Origin: Amphiscolops sp. MND2022
Lineage: Eukaryota
Assembly: GCA_964187785.1 (NCBI GenBank)
Contig: OZ076409.1
Coordinates: 40,674,001 to 40,738,000, forward strand
Length of the DNA stretch: 64,000 bases
Direction: 5' to 3'
The position numbers were made by a program, and so were the translations under genes. Each line of letters opens with the position of its first letter. Position 1 is the stretch's first letter. Shown in pieces: positions 37,524-50,185 of the stretch. The notes beneath the pieces were generated by a model, which made no database searches, was not told where the DNA came from, and saw only the letters and a program-made list of their open reading frames with translations.

Positions 37524-38156
37524 AACAAGACGGGAACGTCTAAAGTCGGCGATATCTAAGGCTCAAAAAGCTCAGAGTTTTCTAAATATGCCCAGGATGT
37601 ATTCATGAAAAGCTTTGAAAACACTTTCGAGACACCCAAAGTGTGCCTTTCATGCTCGATATGACTGGAAAATCACTTTTCCCGACTCGACTGGAAACAA
37701 AAAAATTTTGAAAAATTTTTTGAAAAAATTTTTTTGAAAGTTTTTTTTTGAAAAAACTTTGAAAACGTCACATAGTGCCGAAAAACGAAAAGGGGGGACC
37801 CTTAGGGATTCATTAACATACTTTTTGTTGCAAAATATCAGAAAATCCGAAGGGGGGACTCTTTTGAAAAATTAAAAATTTTCAAAAAAAAAATTCGCAC
37901 AGTGCCGAAAAAAAGTTGAAAGGGGGGGGGGACCTTTTGGAGTCTTCCGGTTTTGTAGGTTACGTAAAAAAGGTAAAAAACGAAAGGGGGGACCCTTTGC
38001 AGTAAGTTTGCATTGGTCGAACTGGCCTGAGTGAACTTATCAGTTTCTGTAAAAAGTGGTACATACGCGATGAGCTCTGTGGTCTGACGAAAAAAAAAAA
38101 CTAGCCACTGTAATAGTCGGGCTTTTTTCCTTAAAGGAAAATGCGCCGACTAAAAA
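37524..38156 (-). mobile_element. HINE copy
   Basis: AACAA-GACGGGAACGTC-TAAAGTCGGCG ... TAGTCGGGC...GCGCCGACTAAAAA. Confidence 0.85.
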
Positions 38157-38838
38157 TGAATCAGTGGATTCTGTTGTTTGTCGAATGGTTGTAAAGATCA
38201 ATACCAAATTTTATTGCTTTGAGTGAATCCTGGATTATTTTTTTAAGAATTTGTTCTCTGATGCTGCTTTTTTTCTTGATATCAAGCACTTCGTAACAAA
38301 TTTGAATTTGCCTTCCTGCCTTGTTGGGCTTCTTAGGAAGATTTTTCTTCGAATCATACCTGTCTTGATAAGATTTCACCATGAGATGTTACAATTCTCG
38401 GCAACATCTTTGCAAGATCTCAGACAAGATTTTTCCAAGAGCTTGCCAAGATCTAATATATCCACGAAGGATCAACCCGAGTAGCCATATACCTTAATCT
38501 GACGTGAAACTCTGCAGCAATAATTATAGTTTTGGCGGAGTTAGTAACAAACGTCAACTTTACCACTAGACTTTGATGGAAAACAGATAACTTATTTCAA
38601 GCTGATGCCTTCCAGAAAACCATTCAATGCGAAGGCAAACTATTTCGAGAAGTTAATTTCCTATTTTTGAAAACGTTTTGGAAAGTAAATTTCTGGATGA
38701 AAGTCGCATCTTTGTCATTCGCTTCTTTGATGACACTCATTATGAAATTGAATGAAACGAAATGAAACTCAAACGAATTGGATTGAAGATAAAATAATGC
38801 AAATACCCCCGCAACAAGGACACACGCAAATCCCATTA

Positions 38839-40273
38839 CCCGTACTGACAACCCATGGTAACCCACCAGTGGCCATCGGTGGACCACCGGTGGCCACCGG
38901 TGGGGGAAAATTAGATTACATGGAGGCTTTCCCACCGGTGGCCACCGGTGGTCCACCGATGGACCATCGGTGGAAAATTCGAAAATTTCGAAAATGAAAA
39001 TTTTGTTCAAAATTTCTAGAAACAGGATTTACTACACGAAATACCTTTAGACGCATCAAAGCCAAACAGAATGGGATAATTATAAGGACCGGTTCTGAAG
39101 TTTCTGTAAACCCTGTTTGCAGTTTCAGATCGTGTCCGAAAAACATTTTCCACTGGTTATCCAGTGAATTTAGATCTTATTCCTGTGGTTTTTTCAGCGA
39201 TTTTAGATCTTAGTCCGGGTTTTTCAGTAATTTTAGATCCTTTTCAGGTGTTTTTCATAGGTTTTAGATCTTATTCCGGTGTTTTTCGTCAGTGGTTTTA
39301 TATCTCATTTCTTTTCGTTTTGTGGGACTCTCTAAATGATCTTCCTGATCGTCAGTCTCCCCAGTGTTGCTTCCTCATTTGCGTTTTGGCAGATGTTGAA
39401 AACTGCCTTGTTTCAGATCTCGGTTTTCACTTTTATAATAATTCAGCGATTTCAGTTCTTATTCCAGTGGTTTTTTATGGTGATTATTTATCTTATTCCA
39501 CTGGTTTTTATGGTGATTTTTTATCTTATTCCACTGGTTTTTTATGGTGTTTTTAGATCCTATTTTAGTGGTTTTTCCAGCGATTTTAGATCTTATTCCA
39601 GTATTTTTTGGTAATTTTAGATCTTATTCCAGTGGTTTTTTATGGTGATTTTATCTAATTCCACTGGTTTTTTATGGTGATTTTAGATCTATTTTAGTAG
39701 TTTTCTCAGCGATTTCAGATCTTATTCCAGTGTTTTTTGGTAATTTCAGATTTTATTCCAGTCGGTTTTTGTGATGATTTTGTATTTTATATCTCATCCC
39801 ACTGGTTTTTCATGTTGATTTTAGATCCTATTTTAGTGGTTTTTCCAGCGATTTCAGATCTTATTCCAGTATTTTTTGGTAAGTTTAGATCTTATTCCAG
39901 TGGTTTTTTATGGTGATTTTATCATATTCCACTGGTTTTTTTATGGTGATTTTAGATCTATTTTAGTAGTTTTCTCAGCGATTTCAGATCTTATTCCAGC
40001 GTTTTTTGGTAATTTTTGATCTTATTCCAGTGGTTTTCCCAGTAATTTGAAATCTTTTTCCGATTTGTTTTAGTTATTTTAGATTTTGACAGTTTTAAAA
40101 GGATACCACAAAATTTATTCGTGTGGGTTTTTTCACTAATGACCCATTTGTGGTGGCCACCGGTGGACCACACACCACCACAAAATGGGTTACGGCCACT
40201 TGGTGGCCACCGGTGGGGCTGCGATGGGAAATGCGGTGGCCACCGGTGGGTTACCATGGGTTGTCAGTACGGG
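38839..40273. mobile_element. CCC-terminal MITE with CCACCGGTGG subterminal palindromes and an internal minisatellite
   Basis: TIR CCCGTACTGACAACCCATGGTAACCCACC with its exact inverse at the right end; TA|...|TA flanks. Confidence 0.9.
39160..40045. repeat. Minisatellite of about 30-bp units (GATTTTAGATCTTATTCCAGTGGTTTTT) with a higher-order period of about 130 bp
   Basis: CAGCGATTT(T/C)AGATCTTATTCCAG recurs at about 39578, 39707, 39846 and 39977. Confidence 0.9.
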
Positions 40274-40651
40274 TAGAACGCAGAACCAGAAAGATTGCTC
40301 TTCAAAATTCTGCCCGTTTTTGTAGTTGAACGTAACTTTCAACTATGTACCGCGCTACCTTGATAGAGTATTTGATCTAATTAGGAAAGTTTACAATAAA
40401 AAATTTTATTATAGATGTACAGTCTTTGATTAGTTTCAGCCGTTTTCGTTAACTGTTTTCTGATCATGTTTTTGAACATTGTTTGATCATGAAGCATATA
40501 AGTAAGTTGAAATTACACAAAAATTATGTAGAAACAATTCAAAATTTGGTACTTGATAGTAAGGCATTGTCAGTTGCAATGATTTGGAATAGTAACCAAA
40601 CTCAACATGGAGGTTCATCCGTTTCTAAAAGCAGCTTCTTTTGATTGAATT

Positions 40652-41198
40652 AACAAGCCGGGACCGGCCCAAGTCGGCGCCATATCCAAGGCTCAAAAAT
40701 AGCAAAAAGACTTCCAAGTGTCAAGTATTCGTTTACAGTAGTCGAAAATTGAAAATTTTTCGAAATTTTTTTTTGAAAAAATTACATACTAAAAAAATGG
40801 ACCGAGTGGCGCGCCGGGGTAAAATCTCACAATGCCGAAAAAAACTGAAAGGAGGAACCCTTTGGGATTTTCCAACATCCATTCTGTCGCAAAACATCAA
40901 AAAAATGCAGGGGGGACCCTTTGAGGAAAAAAAAATTTCGAAAAAAAATCCGAAAAAAAATGTCTCGCAGTGCCGAAAAAAATTGAAAGGGGGGACTCTT
41001 TGGTCTCGCCCGGTATGATATGTTACGCGGAAAAACAGGTAAAACCATTTTGGTCCAGTTCGCTAGGCCAAATGGTGCTATTTGACACCATAATATTTTG
41101 TAGAACTTTTAAGAACTATTTTGGTCAGTTCGTGTGGATAGAAAAAAAAAGAGTCACTATAATAGTCGCGTTTCACTTCATGAAGCGCCGACTAAAAA
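40652..41198 (-). mobile_element. HINE copy, same subfamily as 25957-26486
   Basis: AACAA-GCCGGGACCGGC-CCAAGTCGGCGCCATATC ... TAGTCGCGTTTCACTTCATGAAGCGCCGACTAAAAA. Confidence 0.85.
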
Positions 41199-41636
41199 TC
41201 ATTCTGCTACTTTGCAGTCAAGTTTTTGAAACAAGACTTGAAACTGTAGTGATTCTTTTGAGTTGGTGTACTGCAACCATACGTTTCACAGTACGAGCTT
41301 ACTGCACCATCAAGTCAATACAAACTGGGTAAGATTTTGGCGTGATCGTGTCGGGGTTACAATTCTCTCGAGATTTATATCATTTGAATGCTCGTTCAGA
41401 GAGGAATCGAAATCACAATGAAACTATTTCCCGCCCGAAACGTTTTGAATAGAATTGATACTTTTGTGAAAAATGAACATTTTTATTTGACCAATTTTAT
41501 TCGTGGATAAAGTTGTTACATTCGGCTCATATTTCAAACTGGGACAAAAAATTCGAACTCAGCCGGGTTCTTTTCCCAAAAAACTGCTATTTCAAATTCA
41601 TACCCAAACGAAAGAAGTTATCACACGAAGTTCTAG

Positions 41637-41738
41637 ACTTCAAAAATCTATTAGAATATATATCCCACGAAACTAAGTTTATGGTAGCTACCATAAACTT
41701 AGTTTCGTGGGATATATATTCTAATAGATTTTTGAAGT
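41637..41738. repeat. Perfect 102-bp palindrome with no spacer
   Basis: ACTTCAAAAATC...TTATGGTAG|CTACCATAA...GATTTTTGAAGT; arms are 51 bp. Confidence 0.95.
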
Positions 41739-42422
41739 TTATTGATGTTAACCTAACCAAAAGGCAATAACTTATCTAGACCGAATAATCGCATTTCCGT
41801 AGTTTTCGAAATGTTTAACATTAGAATATCCACGAAATTAAGTGACGAAACATTAGGTTATCCAACATGCTTTTAAATCTGAAATATTTCGTTCTAAAAA
41901 CGAAAAGATATCTGTAAAGTTTGAACCTTCCTTACAACTTCGATCTTCAGCTTTTTATGTACAAATTTTGGAAGTTTTTGTAGGAATGAACATCTAGAGT
42001 TCAAAAAAGCAATAACTGATGAGGATACCTAATAAACAGAAATTTAATATTTAATGTTTGAAGTGTTCACAAAAACGAAAACATGTTTCAAAAAAACTAT
42101 TGTTTCACATTGTTTTGCAATCATTGTTCAGTTTATTGATGTTTTGGTGGGTAGTTTTATAATACAAAGAGTTTAAGACAGAATATAAACTTAGTACACG
42201 TTAAAGACAAAAACCCAAGGTTTTCAATATGAAAAAGGCTCGAAAGAAGCAAAAACGCTTTAAAATATAAGTTTAATGTTTTCCAACCTCACGTAATTTT
42301 CTGGACGTTTTGGTGAGTATCAATTTACACAGAATTGGAGATTTTTTTAAAAAAATCTAATGTTTATTGTATAAAAATGCCAAATAAAAGCAAAAAAGCC
42401 AAAAAACCGGAAATACTAGACT

Positions 42423-43248
42423 CCCAGTGTTCGAAGCCATGGAACCCTTGCCATGATCATGGTAAATCTTGCTAAATTATGGTTAACCATGGTACCCTTG
42501 TCAAGATCATGGCAAATCATGATACATACCATGGTAAGACATGTAAGCTGGTATTAATTGTGCATAATGTATTCTTTTCGCAAAAATTCCTTGTCGTCTC
42601 CAATTTCTGAATTAGCCATTGCAATAACTTCGGACATAAAATTTATTGATCGAAAATAGTTTTTTAATTGAAAATTATCCAAAACTTGCTCAATAAGTTG
42701 CTGAACCTATTGACCGAGTTTTGTTAATTGAGAGCACGGCATTGTTACTACTATCATAAATTATCATACAAAGCAAACTCCGAATCAAGTTATTGCAACT
42801 TGCGGGTTTGCGATATCGATGTGAAGACCAACATTTCTAGCTATGATTTGTTTACAATTATGCAAATCATGCTATTATCTTATCTATTGAGGTAACGGGT
42901 TCTAATTACTGAAGTTCGAGAATGTAATAAAAACTTGAAATGGTCGGAGCAAAAACATTTTTCCTTTATTGCCTTGAGTTCCAGTTTTCCTTCTGTTTAA
43001 CCCTATACATGTCACTTTTTTTGGTCAGAACAAATTTTATATACTAGTTACAATTTGAAAATAAGAGCTCTGAATTTTCCAAAAGTTTCGCTAATGGTAC
43101 CATGGAACCCTTACCAAGATCATGGTTAGCCTTCGCACGATCTTGCATGGCCATGGTATCCTTGCCAAGATCATGGCAAGATCTTGGCAAGGCTAGCAAG
43201 GAACTTGCCATGGATCTTGGCAAGGGTACCATGGCTTCGAACACTGGG
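42423..43248. mobile_element. CCC-terminal MITE with CCATGG/CTTGCCAAG subterminal repeats
   Basis: CCCAGTGTTCGAAGCCATGG.ACCCTTGCCA with its inverse at the right end; CT|...|CT 2-bp TSD. Confidence 0.9.
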
Positions 43249-46200
43249 CTGTTTTACGCTAGCTAAAATTATTAAAAACTCTTTTCGCGATGCTTTTTAA
43301 CGCATCGAGGCAATTAAAATAGTTTTTCCTGATAATTCTTCACTTTAATGTAGTGGAGGTCCTCTCTTCATTATATTTTTTGCACAATTGCTTCTGCAAG
43401 CTTTTGCTTTTGAAAAGATAGTTTCATGTACGAACTAAAAAATACTTCAAAAATAGGATGTTGTGACTGATAACCTTGAGAAACAGCGATACTTTAAATC
43501 AGCCATAATCTTTTTCAAGTGCGTATTCGTTTTACCAAATTCGTAGCACATATTCTTTAGCAAATTTTATGTCAAAACTTTTTTGTAGGGTGTTTGGTTT
43601 GAATGGCCCAAGCATTAGCAAAACTGAAGTTTTGTCAGACTGAGAAAAATTGGTTTTCATAGGTAAAAATGGTTAGGTTTTTCCAAATTTCCGTTTTTCA
43701 GAAGTCCTTGACCTTTTAAAAAAGCATTGTTGAGACTGTACCGAAAAAAAAACTAAAATTGAGATTAGGGCGCGCCGAGATAGGGGCTCAAAAATCAGAA
43801 CGAAAGTTCAGTATCAGACTTTTCGAACGCTCAAGTGACAAGTTTTTTTTTACAGTGACAAGTTTTTTTTTACTCAAACGTTGAATGATCCACTTTTTTT
43901 CTTCAATTTTTCCATTTTTAAAGTAACTTTTCATCGTCGTGAAGCAAGTCTAAAATGTATCTAGGACAATATTACAAGGCTAGACAGTAGCAAAGAGTGG
44001 CCACTCTGATGTTTTTCGTAGTTGTGTGACATTTTCTGTAAATTTTTAAATGGATAACTGTATAAGGGATCCTGAATAGCACGTTTCATTTATCTCCGTT
44101 TGTATTTTGTATTGTTTGTCTTGCCTGTTTTCCTCTCTTCTCAATTGTTACTCTGACATTATGTAACATAATATTGTTTTGACATCAAAAAACCTATTGG
44201 AAGGTGTTTTGAAACATACTTTGTGAATTATTCAACTGTCAAAAGGTTGATCTCGACAGAGCCGGCCAGAGGCTATCATTACTTCAACGAAAAAACAGAA
44301 GAGCGCTTCGAAACGGACAGAATTGGACCTTAATTGTTGGCGAAAGTATGTTCAAAGTAATTGGAAAAGGAGACAATTCTGGGAAAACGGTAGAGTGTAA
44401 CAGGGAATGTTTTCAAAAATAGGGTGCTGCTGGCAATAAAATCTAAAATCTGCCAGGAAAGTAATAAATCTTGTAATTATTTGGCAGTAATGGATGAATT
44501 GTTTTGTACTGAAGTAATATATTGTTGCTGCCAAGAACTTCTGATGTTGAGTGGAAATATTATTGTACGAAGTACATTTATTCCTATGTTACCTACAATT
44601 TCTAATAGTATTATTTAAAATCCGAGAGTACATGTAGGTCGTATATGTAATATGTATGTAGACGTCGCACTGTTTTTTGTTGCCTTTTGTTGTTGTTGTT
44701 GTTGATGTTAATTTTAACGAATAGGTAGGTTGTTCGGGGAGACAGAATTGTCTACGTAGTGTAAGACAGAGAGCCTCCTTTATTTGTGGGCGACGTATTG
44801 GAGCAGACAGAAATCAGGAGTCAATATTTTTTCTTCAGAAATAGTTCCTCAAAAATAGGTCGGCTGTCTGATAAAGTATGTTGAAACAAACTTGATAGTA
44901 ACTTTGAGAGGAGAGTACAACAAGCTGTTTATAGATGGACAGTAATGAAAGGATTGATTGTTGGTATAAGTATACAAAAAAGGAAAGAGGAAAAGCTTTT
45001 TATGATTGGTAACTCTTTGCTCACTACACAAAAGACTGGGCTACTTAAAAAGAAGAAAGAAGAAAGGCCTTGGTTACGCTCTTGATGAAAAGCCATGATT
45101 TGTTGTAGTACCGGAAATGATCTTCGTAATCCATTCAAAAGCCCTTAATATTGTGCCGTAAGTTTCTAACATGCCTCCGAGACGAAGTATTCGCGTGTTT
45201 TGAAGGCTGTTGCTTACCAAATATCCGATGTCAGCGCTCAAAAACGGTCCAATTAAAACAGCGGAAGTCTTTTTTATAAGGAACAGGCATACATATATAT
45301 CGGACTTCTTTCATACCAAGCAAGCACAACGAGAATCCACCCCAAGCCTGTTTAAAGCAGCGGGATGAGGAGGCTTCGCTATGTGTAGGCGGAGACTAAC
45401 ACGTGTGAATTAAACGTAGGGTGATACTTTTTAAAATTTCGTTTAGTAAACATGCAGAGATGGGTGACGTGAAAATACGACACCTTTAGTGCTTTTCCGC
45501 ATCAAATTTTTTGTTAGCACTCAATGGTACACAATTTGAAGTGTTGAGAAAATTCGAATTTACAGCAAATAAAAACCCCGCCGTTTTCCTTTATAATTGA
45601 TATGATGTGAATATAAAGTCTTCCCTGTTTGCTCAAAATGCCTCAAAGGCTCATCAGAAAAGTGGACATAAATAAATTATGAACTTGGAAATTCATGAAA
45701 AGTTGAATAATACCATGGTAAATATGTTGCTTTAAGTGGAAGTGAATAAAGTAGTACCGCCACAAAAGAATTCTTCAATCCCAATTCTCTCCCAGTTTAC
45801 CAAGTTTCAATTATAGAACGGTAGCATGCAGTAAGTTATTGAAGTTTCAACATTGTTGCATATATGCTCTCGGTGCATAGTCTCTTTGTAACGACTCTTG
45901 ATGGTATCACATAACTGTTCCATCTTTCCAAGACAAAAAATGTTTTTTTTCTATCATTTTTCCAGAAACGTGTGTGTATGCTTCATTTCGCACTTCATTA
46001 CAAAACTCAAGTGACACCCATACATAGGAGTCACAATCGATAATATTTTATGCTATTCTGTTGAACAGAAATTGCCAGAATTTGACACAGTATTCATACA
46101 AATACTTTGTTCTACGCGTGTTGACAAACCATTTGCTGTTTTTTGCACGTTCGAGGAGATCAAAGTCTTTCGAGAGCATTTTTTGCAAAGACAATTTTAT

Positions 46201-46904
46201 ACACCCTAAAGCTAATCGGATTTTCAGAAAAAACCTTAACTGAAAAGATCGAAAACCCCAAAAAAGTGAAGAAAAATTCGCACATTTCTGGAAAACCCAA
46301 TTGATCCTTTGGAAACGCGACCCTAGTTGAGACTGCAGGAACTTTTTACATGCTGCAGGCCTGCATGCAGGGTAATTGTTTATAAAACCTAGAAAATTCA
46401 GGGTAATTCAGGTGGTAAATCTTGTAGAATTACACTGCATTTTCCACTACTGCAATTAAATTTGAAAATAGATACAATATCATCACCGACACGACCTTAT
46501 TGTAGTTACAATTTGCTTTCTCAACTACTCATCTGATGTGATCACCGCGTCTCAAATAGGACGCTAAACATGACGGTATATTGCAGTTTATTAGGTGACT
46601 GAAGTAATTTTGCATTAAAATGGCTGTTAAACTGAGAGCAATTTATTTGCTTTTAAAATTAGAACTGCTTCTTAATGAAACCTGCAAAACTTCAAGGCGT
46701 AAAATTGCCGCCAAAACTTAGATGAATCTTTCAAGCAGCTTGATAAAAGTCAAATACAACAGGTAAATATTTTCTCATTAAAGTTTCCGTAAGAGTTTTA
46801 GAAAATCATAATAAAAGTTGCTGACAACATTAAAGTACATGCAAAAAGTTCAAGAAGTTTCAACAAGGGGAAACGCTTTCGTTAAACTAAAAAACATCAA
46901 GAAA

Positions 46905-47297
46905 GAGAATCTCAAAAATATCAAAAGGTCTCCAAAGTATGAAGTATTCTCTTTTACAGTACCCGAATGAAGAAAAGTTTTCCGATTTTTTTTCGAATTT
47001 TTTTAAATCTCCGGTAAGTCGAATAGTGCCGAAAATTGTAAAAGGGGGACCCTTTGGAATTTTTTGAACATCCATTCTGTTGCAAAATAGAAAAAAATGA
47101 ATGGTGGACCCTTTTGAGACATTGAAAAAAAATTGCGAAAAAAAGTCTCACAAAGCCGAAATAACATGCACAAAAAAATTTTGGTCAAGAGCGAAACTCG
47201 AACCCACGTCCCTCTGCTTGGCAGGACTCAAAAAATCCTAATTAACTTCTATGCCAAGAAGTTACATTAGTGTGGCAGTTATTGGAAGCCAGCTTAT
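46905..47297 (-). mobile_element. Partial HINE carrying a tRNA-like B-box segment
   Basis: HINE core motifs (AGTGCCGAAAA, GGGGGACCCTTTGG) followed by ACTCGAACCCACGTCC. Confidence 0.65.
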
Positions 47298-47796
47298 GTT
47301 TTCAAGACTCAATCAAGTCTTTTTTCAACTGACTACTTACGAATTCATCAAATGCTTTCGCGGTGTTTTTAGTCAGCGCATTTTAACAAAATCCGACTAT
47401 TACAGTGGCAAGTTTTTTTTCGTCAGATAACAGAATGAAAGCATAGTGGCCATCTTTTACAGAACTACTAAACTACTGGACCAGCAAACGGAAACGCATC
47501 TGAGTTAGTGCAAAGGGCCCCCTTTCATTTACTCCCTTTTTTAACGTATATACGTTAAAAAGGGAGTAAACGAAAGGGGGCCCTTTGCACCACTATTACA
47601 GTGGCAAGTTTTTTTTGTCAGATAGCAGAATGTATGTGTAGTGACTACACATACATTCTGCTATCTGACAAAAAAAACTTGCCACTGTAATAGTCGGGCT
47701 CATTTTGTTAAAATGCGCCGAATAAAAACACCGCGAAAGCATTTGATGAATTTGTAAGTAGTCAGTTGAAAAAAGACTTGATTGAGTCTTGAAAAC
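47298..47796. repeat. Compound inverted repeat built from a HINE 5' end plus flank
   Basis: Outer arms 47298-47437 and 47654-47796. Inner palindromes at 47508-47590 (centre ACGTATATACGT) and 47592-47694 (51-bp perfect arms, 1-nt spacer). Confidence 0.9.
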
Positions 47797-49872
47797 GTTA
47801 GTTGTAGATTTTTTGAATGTTAACATTTAACTTCGCAAGTTTTTTAAAAGAAATTTCAGTGTTTCCTAATTTTTACCAACAATGAATTGTTTTTGAACTT
47901 CGATCAATGGTTTTCTCACACTCCCTAAATCAGAGTCATCATTTCGTTTATACATTTACGGCTTGTGTAGATATGAAATGAACTGGATTTGGCGAAGGAA
48001 AATTTGAAATGTTAATCACAGTGTTCATCATTAAAATGTGATGTTTCGTAATTGCTTACACAACACAGCGGGTTTTATCAGCGTAATGTGGCGAAAATTA
48101 TCAGATTGAGAACAAAAAATGTAAAATATATCGTTTATCGACCGTAAAAAATTCGGTGAAAATTGTTAAATGTCTTTTTGAAACATTGCAGGTATTTTCT
48201 TGTATAATCTTGCTCTGTATAATCAAAAATTTTTTTGAGATGTATACCAATTCGATTCAAAGTTACACACTTCAAAACTATGGCAAACAAGTTTCCAATG
48301 CCAAAAAAGTTTTCAGAGCCAAAAAATGTCTCCAGCAAGTCGCATAGTCCCGAAAACCCTCAGGCGGCCTCTATGCTCACAAAACGTTTTGTTTCTAGTA
48401 AAATTCGAAAGGGGCTTCGAAGAGGGCTTTCTAAACAAATTCGAATGAAATAGCATAGTACCGTAAAAACGCCGCTCTAGCAAAATATAAATTTCGGATG
48501 TAGCTCAATATTTTTGAACCTCGCCTCGACCAGCCCCTCAATGAAAAGCATCTAACTTCGAATATAACGTCAAAAGTTCGGATACAGCGTGCTGGACCGC
48601 TGAGAAAACCTAATTTCAAGTCAAAAAAAAAGATCATTTTGTAGTCTGACATTGCCGAAAAATGAAAAATTTAAAAGGGGGCACACTTTGGGCTTTTTAA
48701 CATCCACGTTGTTGAAAAATATTTCAACACGCAGGCGCAATGACAGACTCTGTGACAGCAAAAAAAAACAAGATGCCCGCTAAGCACCAGGATATTTTCC
48801 GCTAAAATGTTACGCATCAGCCTGGGTTCGAACCCACGACCTCATGCCCACCATGGTGGAGATTTGGCAATTGTTCAAGTATTTAAAGTAGTCAAGTAAC
48901 TATATAAAATAGTCAAGTAGTGATGGCGCGCGTCAAGTAACTGTAAGTGGGAGGAACTGGGAGGAGATTTGGTAGAATTTGGAAAAAAACGCAACTCATA
49001 TCATGATTTTCCTCCCCCATTATATGTGGGCGGAAAATAACAAGAGATAGCATCATGAAGTTTGCTGTCTCAGTATCTGTTACTCCCCCTGGAACGGCCC
49101 AACTTCGGCCCATCAAGTTTTTTTTTCGAAAAGAAGTCTTGAAAGTCTGAAACCTCAATGTAAGAAAGTAATCCATTTGAAGCGATTGATATTCAGGAAT
49201 AAATTGATTGGAATTGAAACTATACAAGAACGGATGTCGACTTAGTGTATGCGGCTCTAGGGCTTATGTGGATTTGTCTTGAAAAATTTACTACCTTTTT
49301 TTCAGCCGTTCAAGGTCTTTTGACGGGGTACTCTTTGGTCTTTTCTCTACGTTTGCGATCATAAGACAAGGCAAAAATAGGTTAAAGTTTTTAATACTGT
49401 AAAGGGGGAAATAAAGTTTAAAAACGCTGTTGTAGTCGAAAAGCAAAATTCCACGCAGAACGTTTTATCTTATGAGCTCTGTCGTAATCGTGTGCACTCA
49501 CTTTCAAGATTAACAAATCCCCTCTCTTTCTCTCCCTTGATAAGCTACTCAATATTTAAATGGCACTCCATATTTTGGAAACAGATCACAACATACTATA
49601 CGTGCCCAGAATGACTATCAAAACTCACTCTCGGCATCGATCTCGACGTTTGGCTAGACAGTATTAAGAATCTCTCGGGAAATCATGATAGGCTCAAGTT
49701 TACAGGTCATGGCTTTCCATCTACTCTTCATCCATCATTCATGGGTACGCAATTCCGAGAACCATTCCATTGTCCAGAATGCTATCCACGATTCACGGAT
49801 GATCATGGATGAAAAACCATGATTCGTATGTAATGAAAATCACCATGGATCATTAGCCATTATTCGAATGTG

Positions 49873-49919
49873 ATGCCATCATCATGCCATCATCATGCCA
49901 TCATCATGCCATCATCATG
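49873..49919. repeat. Short tandem repeat (ATGCCATCATC)x4
   Basis: Read directly. It lies within a CATG/GATC-rich degenerate repeat region at about 49730-49965. Confidence 0.9.
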
Positions 49920-50185
49920 AGAAGTTATGATCTGGATGAAAAGCCGTGAACGAGCCATGATGGTCAACTTAGTCAATTTGATTAGTTTGAAACATGAAAA
50001 ACATTTGGTTGCACACAGAAATTTGATGAAATTTTTGGATGAATTATGCACTTCATCACAAGAGACCAGGAACGATATTATCGTAAGATCTACAATATGA
50101 ACATTCTGAAAAATGAAAAAATTGCGATATGTATATTTTTGGAAACTAGTTGACAGTCTTTAATTTACCCGGGTTTCGAGTAAAG

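Noticed and set aside
44632..45171. Possible solo LTR (TGTA...AACA)
   Set aside because: No TSD, PBS, PPT or second copy found.
45330..45390. Twister-ribozyme-like string (CCCAAGCCTG...GAGGAGG)
   Set aside because: The P1/P2 stems and the UAA cleavage loop could not be assembled.
48815..48850. tRNA gene
   Set aside because: Only a T-arm and acceptor-like half is present; no D-arm or full cloverleaf.
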